Shown here one piece after another: positions 1 through 17,020 of a stretch of DNA of 64,000 bases. A model generated the notes under the pieces. The model did not search any database. It was not told where the DNA came from and worked only from the letters and a program-made list of their open reading frames with translations. The first letter of the stretch is position 1; every line of letters starts with the position of its first letter. This DNA is from the human T2T-CHM13v2.0 reference genome, Homo sapiens. The stretch is taken from the NCBI RefSeq assembly GCF_009914755.1, contig NC_060933.1, one strand, 5' to 3'. Position numbers and translations under genes: made by a program.

Positions 1-1620
<1,620 letters not shown>

Positions 1621-3647
1621 CTGATGGAGTTGTGCTGTTGAGGCCCAGGGTAAAGCCACACTCCTGAGGGTAAGGCATGGGCATCCCCAGGGTCAATCAC
1701 TAGGAAGAAGGTACTTTGATGGGACCCAGGGGTAGAAGGCAGGTCTTAGACGGGTAGCGTTTAGAAACTAGTTTTTTGGTCTTGCTCTCCAGGTGTGACC
1801 TTTGAAGCAGGCAATGGACCTGGGCTTCTGTGAGGTGGGGGAAAGATGGTGCTCCCACGTGAAAGCAGGAGGAGCTAGGAGGGGTGGGACCTGGGGGTTC
1901 AGGCCATTTTTTGACCAGATCATCCTGCTGTGTGTTCTCTCAGGCTTGATTTGCCTTTCGCTGTCCCAAGCCACAGAAAGCCTTAGCTCAACCTCTTTGG
2001 GTCCATGTGCATTGAGTCCACACTTGGGCTGGAGTGCTAGAGGGGATAATGTGGTTTCCTGAAGGCTCTGCAGTAAGAAACACCCCGGAGGGAGGTGATC
2101 TCCAGAAACTAAAGTCAGAGTGGCCAGGGGTAGAGATTTCCCCTCCACTGCTACCCACCCAGGAGCTGGGCTGCATTTTATTAAGGGCAATGGGGGTTTC
2201 CTGACATCCTTTCATTGTTTAATTAAGGTGACAGAACTGGCTTGGTCCCAAGGTCAACTGACTTAGTGGCAGAATCTGGGTTTCTCCAGTGTGTGACAAT
2301 CAGGCCAACATCAGAATGCAGTAGCACGGACCCATTCCAGTTATGCATGAATGGCAAACCCATTAACGGTGATCCTGTCTTTTCCTCTACAATGAACAGC
2401 AGTAATTTATGATGGAATCTTAGATTCTCGGTGTGGAGAAAATTAGTTGTGTCATACAGCATTGCTCAATGGGATGAAGTGCTCTTCACAGGAAACTGAC
2501 AAGGCTTGCCTGGCTTACACACTGCAGTGGCAGGGAGCCCCTCCCTCCTGCTCCCGGTGAGGTAGTACACAGTGCTTTCACGGAGCCACAGCCTTCTCCT
2601 CCTGGACCTCCACTCACCGGGGCTCATCTCTCCCCTGGGGTTCCCCAGAATAATTCCAAGCTCTCTCTTTGAGTCTGCACACCTTCCACAGGAGGGAAGA
2701 TCTACAGAGAGGGGACACACCACTGTGCCTTCCTCCACCCAGGCCACCTTGTCAGTCAACCTGCTGGAGTTTACCACTGCTCTACAGATTTACCACTCCT
2801 ACAGGCTTTGAATGGAGCTCAGTACTCCAGGCAGTGCTGAGCAAGTCAAGTGCTGAGCAAGTCAGCTTGACCTCTTTCTCTGGGTCTCCTTGGCTTTCTA
2901 TATAATCTTCCACCAGTGATTCATGTGTTCCTTCAGGTTGGACCAAGACCCATCAGGTAGTTTTCACAGAACTGCTGCTAGCCCAGTCTTTCCCCCTGTG
3001 CTGCTGACATTCCAGCCTGGCTACCTTTACCTTTCTCTTAGCTGCTCCCCTTCCCCCGCAACCCCACCTTCACCGCTCTGACCTCTCGGAATCTTGAAAT
3101 CTGAATTCTTATCTTTGGCCTTTCAGTTCCGCACCCATCTCAGCAGCCTTAAGCACAGTCCTGGCAGGAGGGTAGCAAACAAACACGATGGGTCCACTGA
3201 GAGTTCATGGAAGTCAGTGGTCCTGGGGTGGCCGAGCTGCTCCCACACCCACCTTCCCCATATTCAGGTGCTGATCCAGAAATAAACTGCAAAAATGTTC
3301 TGGTCACTAATGTCATCCTCATGCAGCCCCATCTCCCTGTCACAGGTCAGAGGTTACGGTGGCAGGGGTTGGGATAGTTTTGGGAGTGATGATGTTCCTG
3401 TTCCTGTGAGGCTGGCAATGGGCATCTGGAAGAAAATCAAGTGACTCCTGCACTGAACCACAAAGCAGACTGTACAAGCTGTAGGTGTTGTCTAATCCAT
3501 CCAGATTCTACCTGGGCCTGGAGTTCGCAGTGGTCTGTGCAGCCACACATGGGGAGAGATGCACCTGAGCATGCAACCTGCAGGGGCAGGTGGGCTACCC
3601 ACCCCCCAACCCCCAGTGCTTCCTTGTCATTGTCGTGCACCAAAGCA

Positions 3648-3666
3648 GCACCACTAGAGGGCACCA
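3648..3666 (+). promoter_or_regulatory. Candidate CTCF binding site
   Basis: GCACCACTAGAGGGCACCA matches the CTCF core CCAC(C/T)AG(A/G)GGGC(A/G)C; motif only, no binding data. Confidence 0.55.
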
Positions 3667-4051
3667 AAGAGCCACATGAAGGGTCCAGCCTGGTGGTGGT
3701 GGATTACCCTCTGCTGGGGACACAGAACTACCAACTACTATAGATCGGTGGGGCCGGAAACGGTGAAGCTGTCAGCAGCATCTTGTGCTACTCTGGAAGG
3801 CACCCACTGGCCTTACATGAGGCCAGATTTCCAAGCACCATGGGGGACTCCCCCACTTCTGGAGCAGCTGTTGGGGAAGTATTCAGGCTATACTTGGGCA
3901 CTGCACTCGGCCTGTTCCCAGTGTGGACTGTCCACGCAGGCCAGGGCCAGCGAGCACAGGGCACTGACCCCTGCAGACATCAGGGTCAGGGCCTAAGCCC
4001 GGGCTTCGGCCTCTTCTCTTCTGTACAGGACAGCATTTGCATTGCCCTTAG

Positions 4052-4880
<829 letters not shown>

Positions 4881-5609
4881 TCCCTCCTCCTTCACCATGA
4901 GCCTTCCCTGATGTGCCCTCCTCTCACGTGCATCATTGTGTCAAATCGGAGGAGACAGTGGGTGTAACCGGCTCTATAAACTGCAAAGTGCTTATTTGAG
5001 GGAGGAAGAACTTAATCGTTAAATATTCAACAGTGGCTTCCCCTGAAGCCCCCAGAGCTTTAGGGTGAAGGCTGCGCTTTGGTGCTGCGAGCTGAACTCA
5101 GGCTGATAAAATGCTCTTTCCTGCCTGGCAGGGCACCGTGTCCAGCAGTGAGGCCACACCGGTTTGGGACGGCCAGAAGATGGAAGTGCTCACACCTGAC
5201 TTCTGGTCAGGCTGCTGCTCAGCAGGAGGCACGCAGAAGCTGCCGGGGAAAGCCTCTCCCATCTGTGCGGCAAAAGGAGAGCAGCTGGCCCGAGAGTCCC
5301 TCTGCATAATGCAATTACTCACAATGTAGGTCAGTGCCCCCTGCAAATATCCCGCTCTGTCCGGCTGCACAAACTGACAGGCAGGGAGTTGGAGCATAAG
5401 TGGAGGTGTTGAGGCCTGAAAGGTCAAAAGCCTTGGTCCTGCTACAGACTTGCTGGGTGATCTTGGGCAAATCCCTGCCCTTTTCTAGACCTCAGTTTCC
5501 CATTTGTGAAGGGAGCCCATGGGTTGATTTACAGTGTAGTTAATGGGAGTCTGAGTCATTGGGAGATGACTCTATCTGTCCTACATTTCATGACTGTATT
5601 TGTCCTACA

Positions 5610-6075
5610 TTCATTCATTCGAAATCGACTCCATGAGGATTTGTCATGTGCCTGCTGTGTGTCATGCACCATGTTGGTGTGGGGGTACAGGATGAATGAG
5701 ACCAACATGGCGCTTGCCTTCTTGGAGGGTACATTCCAGTGGAACGGGGGCTGCTCAACAAACACAGGCATTCAACAAACCACACAGTACAGTTATGAAT
5801 ACAAACAGTGATAAATATTCCTAAAGGAAACTACGGGCACTTGGAGGGGTGCTAATGAGGGAAGTTGTTTCAGATCAGGTAGCCTGGGATGGCTACTCTG
5901 CAGTGGTGACATTTAGTCTGAGACCCGGCAGATAAGAAATGCCAGCCATGTGAAAAGCTAGGGGAAGAGCACGCATGGCAGAAGGCATGGCAAGGGAAAA
6001 GAACCTGAAATGCAAAGACATCAGCATATTTGAGGAACCCTCATGTGGCCAGAGAGGCTGAAGTGTGATAAGCGA
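5610..6075 (-). mobile_element. L2 fragment
   Basis: cattcattc tail and gaggtgacatt-like / gccagccatgtgaa L2 motifs. Confidence 0.55.
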
Positions 6076-6079
6076 GAGG

Positions 6080-6245
6080 ACAGCATGGCTTCTCACTCGA
6101 TAATGTGAGCACAAAGTGCCTGGGGAGCTTGTTAAAATGCAGATTCAGGTGCGCGGTCCCGGGTGGGGCCTGGGATGCTGCATTTCTAAGCAGTTCCAGG
6201 GGAGGAGCTGATCCAGGGGCCACCCTTTGGGCAGCAAGGCCTTAA
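6080..6245. mobile_element. MER5A-like hAT-Charlie MITE
   Basis: cctggggagcttgttaaaatgcagattc...ggtggggcctggg...tgcatttctaa. Confidence 0.75.
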
Positions 6246-6835
6246 AGGATTTGAAACAGTAGGGTAATATTTGGTTCTCAGCTTAGAAGCAGTCTGGTTA
6301 AGAACGCAGATTCTCTTTGTCACCCGCACACCTCTGACACAGAGTGATGACTTAGCGCAAGGCCAGACTTGACAGGGCTCCTCTGTATGTTTCTGACCCT
6401 GGACCAGACCTTGACAATCATGTGCTTCTGTGTGTCCTGTGCAGGGCTGGCCAGGGCGGTTAGGGGTGGGCGAGGCAACAGGCCCAGGCAGGGAGGATGG
6501 GGAGTCCAGATGGTGCACATGAGGAGGGCCACGCAATTCACCTCTGATCACGGGGCTCTTGGCGCGGGTCACTCGGACCTTTTATTCCTGCCACCACTGT
6601 GGGTGGAAAGGGTTCCTAGGCCCAGCCCAGCCCGGCCCGGCCAGTGCTCCTTTGAGGGAGGGGGTGCTTTCCACCTTCTGACCAGCTCCCAGAAGTTGGC
6701 ATGCAGAACTTTCTCCCTGGGCCATACCTGCCTCTTTTCTTTTTTCAAATTCCAAAGTTGATTTTTAAAGTATATGGTAAAATTGGTAGGTTTTTCTGCT
6801 GGGGGTGAGTGTAGGTGTGCATGTAAATGTGAGTT

Positions 6836-6890
6836 TGTGTGTGTGTGTGTGTGTGTGTTGGGGGTGTGTGTGTGTGTGTGGTGTGTGTGT
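6836..6890. repeat. Interrupted (GT)n microsatellite
   Basis: Directly visible in the sequence. Confidence 0.95.
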
Positions 6891-7449
6891 ATTAGGGGGT
6901 GTGTTTGGCCTTCCCAGACTGCATTTCAGAGTTTTGAGATGGTTCTCCTTTCCTGGGAAGGCAGGTGAGTCAACATGGCCTCTTTTGGGGTGCCAACAAG
7001 GATGCCTAGGCAGGGAGGGGAAAGGGCCCTGGACTCAGATCCCAAGTCCACCTCTTGCCAGCTGTGTGACTTTGCACATGTCTCCCAGCCTCTCTGAGCC
7101 ATAACTTCCTCATCTACAACCTCCCAGGGCTGGCAAGATGATCAAAGGAGGTGCGGTGTGACTCGCAAGCTGGAGAGACGGGAAAGCCTGCTCCTGATGT
7201 GGAAAGCATCATTATTATCCCCCACTGCAGACAGCCACAGAGCGCTGGAGCTGGGAGGAACCTTCCAGATCCCTCAGGGGCTGGACTGCTTATCTCCACA
7301 GCAGCAGCCCCGCACCTCTGAGGCAACAAAGCTAGAAGCTGTCATTTCAAGTAAGCATTTTTTTTGTAGAATGTTATGATTACAAGTTTGGGTGATTTTT
7401 TTTTTTTTTCCAGAATCAGAGATCTGGAAAGGACATGTAAGATCACCCA

Positions 7450-7600
7450 CCAGGGTTTCTCAACATGGGCACTTCCAGCCACTTTTCTTTGGGGATGCAG
7501 AGAGCAATTATTTGTTGGGAGGGACTATTCTGTGCTGGGTGGGGTGCACAGAACCCCTGGACCCCGCGTACTAAAGGCCATGAATGTCCTCTAGTCACTG
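7450..7600 (+). mobile_element. MER20-like hAT MITE fragment
   Basis: cagggtttctcaacatgggcact...attatttgttgggagggactattctgtgc. Confidence 0.55.
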
Positions 7601-7814
7601 TGACAGCCCTGATCTCCCTCCCGTCTCCCCATTTCCAAACACGAATGGGGTTCTGCATTGATCCAGTTTCTCTTCTTATAGGTGGAGAAACGCAGGCGCA
7701 GAAAAGAACCTGGAACTAGCAGCTGTTTTGGCAGCCAGATGAGATGCCCCCTGGGAGAGCCATGCCTCTTGTGGAAAGGGCCTGCTCCTCCTCACCTTCA
7801 GGAAGTTCTACTAA

Positions 7815-8953
<1,139 letters not shown>

Positions 8954-11900
8954 TTCAGGAACTGCTTGAGGGGTAAGGGGACCACTGGTGCATTTGTGAC
9001 CCAGGAACAGGACCTGGAGCCTACAGGAAAGGCCTGGGAAAGGGCAGGAGTCTCCAGCAGGCTCAGGACCTTCCCAGGACTCGGCCCTGGGGGGTCTGAG
9101 GCAATATTTCCTGGATCTCAATACCCAGGAGGTCCCAGCTGACGTGGGACAAGAAACTATTCACATGGTCACCCGATTTTTGTTGAAGGCACATTATTGA
9201 GTGGACGTTTCTGCTTGCTGACCTCAGGCAAGCAAATCCCTTCCCCTCAGAGGCCCCCTCCATGCCCACATTCAGTGATTCCATGGTAGCAACACTAGAC
9301 AAGAGCAGACACTCCCAGGCCTGGTTGCTGGGCTCTTGCCTGTACCCCACCCTCAGCAGGATGGGGCAGCCTGGACCCCTCATGCCCCAACCTGGCAGAA
9401 GTCATCAGGGTGGCATTGCCCGGGAGTGCACGTGGGTGCAACCAGTGGCTGAACCACCTCTGTCCTGAGAGTGGAGCCCTGCTTTCCTCCTGTAGTCCAG
9501 GGACAAGCCTGACCTACCAGCAGCAGGCAGAGCCAAGGTGGGCGGTGGGGACCACTGTAGGACCCTGACCCAGCAGGCAGACGATGGGGAGAATGATGAC
9601 AGGAGACAGAGAAAGACAAAAGGAGCTGAAGAGGAACCTGGTCCCTCAGACATGGCATGGTACAGTAAGATCCTGACAGCTGTCAATTAAACCCGGAGAA
9701 GAAATAAAGTAAGAACATGACGACAGCACAGTTGTGTGGCTTATACTTGGCACTAAATGACTGAGAGAGAAAAGCACCTTGCCCTTACTTGCTTCCTTGA
9801 TTGCCTTCTCTCTTGCATGCTTTTGCCCCCTTCCCCTGCCCAGGGCCACAGCCCAGCCCTGGCCTGAAACTCGTCCTTCCCTGCTTTCTGCTTCTCAGCC
9901 TCTTGGTCCCCTCTTTCTTCCCCTTCAGCAAGCTTCTTGAAAAAGGAGTCCTCACACTCCCATCCATCATCTTCCCCTCCCACCGCTCTCCAGCCTAGTT
10001 CTGCTGAATTGCTCCCCCATCATTTCCAGGGAACTCTTGGTGGCCAGATGCAGGGGATCCTATTTGGTCCTCTGCTTCCAGGCCCTCTGGGCTGGCCCAG
10101 AGGGGGCACCAGGGGCACCCTCTACTCCTGCCTAGCCTCTCCCAGTCTGAATTTATTGCCTTCTCCCTTAAACCTGCTGTTCCTCTGGGTTGGCTAGCTC
10201 AGAAAGCAGCCCACTGTCTGCCCAGGTGAGACCAGAACCTGGCGTCTCTCCAGCCTTTCTCATTCTTCAATGCCCACCCTGGCTCCAACATCCAGCCGCC
10301 TGTCACATGCAGGTGAATGCACCTGTGTGAAGTTCTCTCCCCTTTGCCTTCCCTCCTGCCCCAGGCTCTTGCCCTCGGTCAGGACCTGGTCTCCTGTCTC
10401 TTCCCAACCCATTCCTCCTCTATGTTGCCTCCAAGTGATCATCCGCGCCGTGCTAATTCCATGCTCCAAGACCTTCAGTGACTCCCCAGACTGCAGTAAA
10501 GACATCCGGGCCCCATGATCCTGGCTCCCATCCCCCTCCATGATCTGACCCCCCCATACCCGTCCAGCCTTGTTCCCCATCCCCCAGTCTCAGCCATGAG
10601 TCAGTCCATCATCTCTCCTCCTATGACACAGTCCATCATCTCTCCTCCTGGTGCCCTTATTGTGGGGTTTCCTTGCCCTGGGATACCCTTCTTCATAGGA
10701 CGGTGAAGTTCGCATCCATTCCTCCAGGCCTCTGGGCTCCTCCCACATCCACTGCCCAAAACATCTTCCTTCCTGTCTTTTTCGGGAGGACTTAGTCTGT
10801 GTTAGAGGTATCTGTGTTGGACTCTTTCCTGTTCCGCTATCGCCCCCACCCCTGTCATCTGTACTTCCTCTGACCCCCTCACATTTACTAACTGCTCACT
10901 GTGGGCCAGATTCTGTGCTGAGTGTTATATACACTGTCCCATTTCACCCAATCAATCAACCACCGCAGACACGAGCGCCAGCACCACACCATTTTAGGGG
11001 ACATTAAACGAGGCTCCGTAAGGCTGAGTGACCCGCTCCACGTTACACAGGAGTGAAGGGGAGTGGAACTGTGACTTGAACCCAGGTCCGCCTAACTCCT
11101 CTTGAAACCTTTTCTCTAAACCACTAATCTAGATCTTCCAACAGTGTGCCCTGGTCATGGTGTGGCGGGACTGGGTAGAAGGGCCCCACGACAGTGCTCT
11201 CCTCCGCCTGCCTTGGGGCACATGGATAGGCCAGGCACTGCCAGCCACGAGCAGGCTCTGTGGTCACCAGGGTGCTGTGCTAATATTGTGTGCTGTGATG
11301 TGAAAGAGGATGGAAAGCCCTGCCATAAATTAGACTTGATTGTGGCCCTGAGCTGGCAAGGGCAGCCCTCTTCCCCATAGTTCCTGCCTGGCCTAGGAGT
11401 GCCTGTTCAAGTGCCCCACCCAGCTGCATCTTGCCCTGGGCCAGACTCCTCTGGCCAAGGAGCCTCTCTGTGGGGGAGAGGGTGGTGGTTGGCCTTGGGC
11501 TTGGGGTCAGATCTGTGGCCCCTAAAGTGAGTAGAGCTCCCAGAGGGCCCTGCCCAAGCTGTCCAGCTCCAGTCCTCGTCCAGGCTGGCATCCCTCCCAC
11601 CCAGGCCTTGGACCTCCCAGCCTAGACCTTGAGGCAGCTGAGCTGTTCCCACTCAGCCCTGGCATGGCCGTGCAGAGGCTGTGTCTCTCATCACCTTCTC
11701 ACAGGGCTCTGCTGAGAACTCAGTGCACAACCTGGTTGGCTGTTCATGGTGACTCCCTGCTGTCAAGTCCAAGCCCAGCTTGGCGTGAATGGAGAGGTGA
11801 CAGAACTAGAGTGCGAAGATTCTCTAAATCAGGACTCTGTACCACGTGGGATCCCGGACAGAGCTATTCTACTCTACTACAGCTGAGTGTGTGCACTCAA

Positions 11901-12436
11901 TGTCAAGGTTTTCAGTTTCATTAGATCTGCCCAACCACCCTAGGAGGTTAGTAGGGCCATCAGCCTCCCTCACATTTTGCGCAGGAGAATACTAAGCCCA
12001 GGAGTGGGCTGGAACTTACCCAAGCTCACACATCAAGAATTCAGGGCAACTGAACCTCGAGCATCTTGACTGCAGGCTCAGGGCCCTGTCGGTTTTTCAT
12101 GCTCCTCCCTGGGACTCTGGCTGATTCTGGGACTCCCAGCTCACACGGAGGAAGGCAGGCTGCTGCCTGGATGAACTTCAAGTGTTCCTTCTCCTGTTCC
12201 CTGCTACATCTTAGATTTTACAGTGTGTCCTTGGCTAAAGGCAGCCTGGGCACACTGCAGTGCCCTGGTGTAACGGACAGCCATGGGCCTTGCACTTGAA
12301 CTAGGGTCTGGCCCCAGGACTGTGACATGCTCACCCTGAGCCCCGGGTTCTCCTCTGAGAAATGCTGGGGTCACCTGCTTTGAGGGCTGTTCTTAGTATG
12401 AAGCAAGAGCACAGTAAGACAAAAGACTACAGAGCC

Positions 12437-12437
<1 letters not shown>

Positions 12438-12482
<45 letters not shown>
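12438..12482. repeat. Pure (AC)~22 microsatellite
   Basis: Directly visible in the sequence. Confidence 0.97.
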
Positions 12483-12487
<5 letters not shown>

Positions 12488-13223
12488 GTGCATTCCAGAA
12501 CAATATACTCATTTCATTTTCCTGTTGTCATTCAGAGAGGCGAGTGCACTGGGAGCCACAAAAGTGCAATGTTGCAAAGACTTTTCCAAAACAGGATGCG
12601 TAATGGCTGCTGTGGCCACTGCTGGCGGTGTGTGGGGATACCTGGGTAGCAGCAGGCCACCAGAGAGTGTGCATCCCTCCTTCTGTGCTCTGCAGTGGGG
12701 CTCATTTTTCTGGGCCAGGTTCTTGCCTGCCTGCAATCCTCCTCTGATGACGGAGTTACCAGTGATGCTCAGGATGCTCCGATTTCATTATAACTATAAA
12801 CCTGTTCTCAACTCATCTCTCATATACCCTCTGGCAACAAATATATAGAAATGAACCTATAAACTTTGTACACACACATATACACACACACGCACACACA
12901 TATAAGTCTTCTGAGGTTACATTATTCTAGTTTATAGGGTTACGCAACTTTCGGGCTTGAAGAGACTCAAGTGTCTTCTCTCATATCTCTTCCTTAGGGT
13001 ACAGTCTCTGCCAACGGCCCACTGTCCAGTCTTTCTTTGCATACCTCTGGTGATGAGACACTCACTACCTCCTAAGGAAGCCCAGTTCATTTATGGTTAG
13101 ATTGGACTTAAATGTGTGAACTTTCTTCCTTATTTTGAGCTGAAATCTATACTTCAGGGACTTTTTCCACTGTCCCAGGATCTGTCCTCTGGGGCTCTTC
13201 CCTTGGCTCTAGGACAGCAATTC

Positions 13224-13531
13224 TTTTTTTTTTTTTTTTTTTTTTTTTTGAGACAGAGTCTTGCTCTGTCACCCAGGCTGGAGTGCAGTGGTGTGATCTT
13301 GGCTCACTGCAACCTCTACCTCCTAGGTTCAAGTAATTCTTCTGCCTCAGCCTCCTGAGTAGCTGAGATTACACGTGCATGCCACAACACCCGGCTGATT
13401 TTTATATTTTTAGTAGAGATGGGGTTTCCCCATGTTGGTCAGGCTGGTCTTGAACTCCTGACCTCAGGTGATCTACCCATCTCGGTCTTCCAAAGTGCTG
13501 GGATTACAGGCATGAGCCACTGCACCTGGCC
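13224..13531 (-). mobile_element. Alu (AluS-like) with TSD
   Basis: Long poly-T and Alu body; TSD acagcaattct at 13214-13224 and 13536-13546. Confidence 0.95.
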
Positions 13532-14364
13532 TAGCACAGCAATTCTGAGGTTAGAGACAGCAGTTGTGCCCTCTGAGCCAACTATAGGTTTCCAAGGGGA
13601 TCTGAGTAGGGCAAGACAGTTGTCCCCTTCCCATGCCTAGCACCCTGTTCACCTGGGGCTGTTCCTGAACTTGCCTTAGTTATCTGGCAGCCAAACCACA
13701 GCATGGAGCTTGGCAGATTGCATGGTTAATGTCCACATTTATGGAATTTTGGGGCTTGCAATAGTCACACACACACATGCACATGATGTTCTCACACATA
13801 TACATGCACAAGCACAAACACACACCTCTTTGGTGTTCTTCAAAGACCTAAGGGCCCATGCATCCTATGATTCAGAACCCCCAATATTTTCCTCTGCTGC
13901 CCAGGAGAAATACTCTAGTGACCTCCTTGTCATCTCGTCCCTCATGACCTTTGAGGATATGCAGCCTTGTGCGAAATTCCAAAAATAGGCTACCAAAGGC
14001 TACTGATAAGTGACCTTAATGATCTCACGACAAGTAATTGGGAAGAGCCAAATGAGAGAAGGGAGTGGCCAATCCAAAGGAAAGATGGGGCCGGGGGAAT
14101 AAGAACAGGAATGCAGATTTAAGGAAAGTTGAAGTTGTACATTTTTTTCTATGAACCAAAGAATGTGAGGTAGCTTTGGCACAGCAAAACAGTGAGCATA
14201 TAACTGCCTCTAACTATAATTTAGCATTTGTCACATATATAATCTCATGTGCTCCTGTAATAATCCCATGCAAGGTAGGACAGGAAGTATTAGACCTAAT
14301 TTACAGAGGAGGAACCTGAGGCTCAGGGAGGCTCAAGGAACTGACCAAAGAAAAGAGAGAGTGG

Positions 14365-14700
14365 TAGAGGCTGATGCCACCAACATCCCATCTGCTCATG
14401 CATATTCTCAGCTTTTTTATAATTAGGTGGTGGGTGTGGGAGATCATGTGACTAAGTCTGGCCAATGGGCTGTGGGTGGAAGTGACATTTGACTCTTGTG
14501 GGCTGAAGCACTGAAGACCTGTTGCAAGATTGGCCTGCTGCCTTGTGTTGTGGTCCAGAACACAGAGTTGCCTCATGGAAGATGGCTGCCCTGGAGAACC
14601 ACCTGGCTTCACAGCTGGATTTTGTGTGAGTGAGGAATAAACCCTTGTTGCACTGAGCTGCTGAGATTTAGAGGTTCCTTATTGGACCTGGCCAATACAG
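14365..14700 (+). mobile_element. MLT1 (J/I-like) MaLR solo LTR
   Basis: catgtgactaagtctggccaatggg...gaagtgac and gtgtgagtgaggaataaacccttgttgcactgagctgctgagattt...aataca. Confidence 0.7.
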
Positions 14701-15356
14701 AAGGGCAATTACATTTATTTTTATGTCATCACGAGTCAGGTACTTTGCTAGGCACTCTGTATATGTCACCTCATTCAATTTTTGAAACTATTTTGTGAGA
14801 AAAGTATTATTTCCTCTTTGTACTATATGGGGAAGCTGAGGCACAGAGCAGTAAAGCCTACTTGCTCAGGGTCATAGAGCTACAAAGGTGTGGGCCTGGG
14901 CCCTGAATCTGGGTCTGTGTGATTGGAAGGCCTCGATGAACTCTGGAGATTTGCAGAAACAGATGGCTACTGTGTTTCAATACCCTGTTGGGCTAAACGC
15001 TTCTTTTGAAGATGGAAGACTGTGCAGATTGCTTTCTCATTCAGATTTTATGCCTGAGTAAAATCCTTGTGCTATGATTTATTATAGCAGCACTGATTTT
15101 CCAATTTTAAGACAACAATGCAGCTTGAAGTAAAATGGAAAGAAAACATGGAAACATTTTAAACCTGTGGTTTAGATCCTCATTATGTCTTGCGGGAACT
15201 GTTCGGGGGCTTCCTCAAACCTCTGCCTCCAGTCTCCCTTTATCCTCTCGACTGCTGGTGTCACTTTCTAAAACAGAACCTAAGCCTGCCCCCACCTGCT
15301 CAAAACCCACAGCGGCTCCTTGGCCCCTCCAGCAGCACTTCCTGAATTCAACTCCT

Positions 15357-16000
<644 letters not shown>

Positions 16001-16789
16001 TGGATATTGGCTTTTAGGATAAAGTCTGTACTTCTCAAGGTCACATTTAAGGTCCTCCCAGGACCTGGTCCAAGGCCACCCTCCAGCCTCATCTCACAAA
16101 CCCCTGTCTCCATCTGTCCCAGGGTTCAATTCCCGTGCTTCCTCCCCCTAGACTTCTTAGTGTCTAGCATCTCACTCCATGCTAGGGTATATGGGGTTCT
16201 TTGAGCTGTGACGTGGAGAGAAAACAAGGATTGAGGAAGAATGTCAGAAACTTAACAATACAGCCTCTATTTGGGAGAATGTTAAAAACACTCTATTAGT
16301 GACGTGGCTGATTTGAAAAATGGGAAATGATGATTGTGCGACTAATTGAAAGCCATGTGTTTACCGAGGCTCAAAGAATCCCTTTTAGAAATGGGAACTG
16401 GGCCCGCATATGCCAATGAGCAAGGCAAAATGGGTGCACGTTGCAAACAAAAAGTACCAAGAAATGCTGGGCAGAACCAAAGATATCAATGTAATTAATA
16501 AAGTAATTAACATGCACAGGAAGTGCAAAAGCTGCCAGGAGGCTGATAAGAGAGGGTTATTAAAAAAGAATGAGCAGTGTAGCAGGGAAGTGAAATTAAG
16601 TTTTGCATTTTTTCTTTATCACAGACCCCCAAAATACTCTATGAGTAATAAATAGGCCTTGACTTACTGCAGACATACCAATGAGGCTGGGGCCAGAACT
16701 GCCTGGTGACCCTCTCCCTGGACAATAAACACATCAATTCATCAGTCAGCCAGTCACTGAGAATGTGGGGAAGTCCAGTCGACTAGGAG

Positions 16790-17020
16790 ACAGGGGGTAT
16801 GGTGGGTAGCAAGGTGGTTAAAGGTGCCAGCTTTGGAGCCAGGCTGCCTGAGCTCTAATCTCAATTCTGCCACTTACAAATGAGGTGACCTTGTGGCCAC
16901 CATGTAACCTTATCATTACCATCTGTAAAATGGGGCTAGACATAGCACCTGTCTCATAGGATTGAGGATTAAATGGCCCAATATGTATAAAGCCCCTAGA
17001 CCAGCGAGTGCCTGGCCCGA
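16790..17020 (+). mobile_element. MIR
   Basis: gctttggagccaggctgcctgag...catctgtaaaatgggg...gaggattaaatg. Confidence 0.75.

Noticed and set aside
10093-10118. Second CTCF-like motif (cccagagggggcacc)
   Set aside because: Several mismatches in the 5' half of the core; expected by chance in GC-rich DNA
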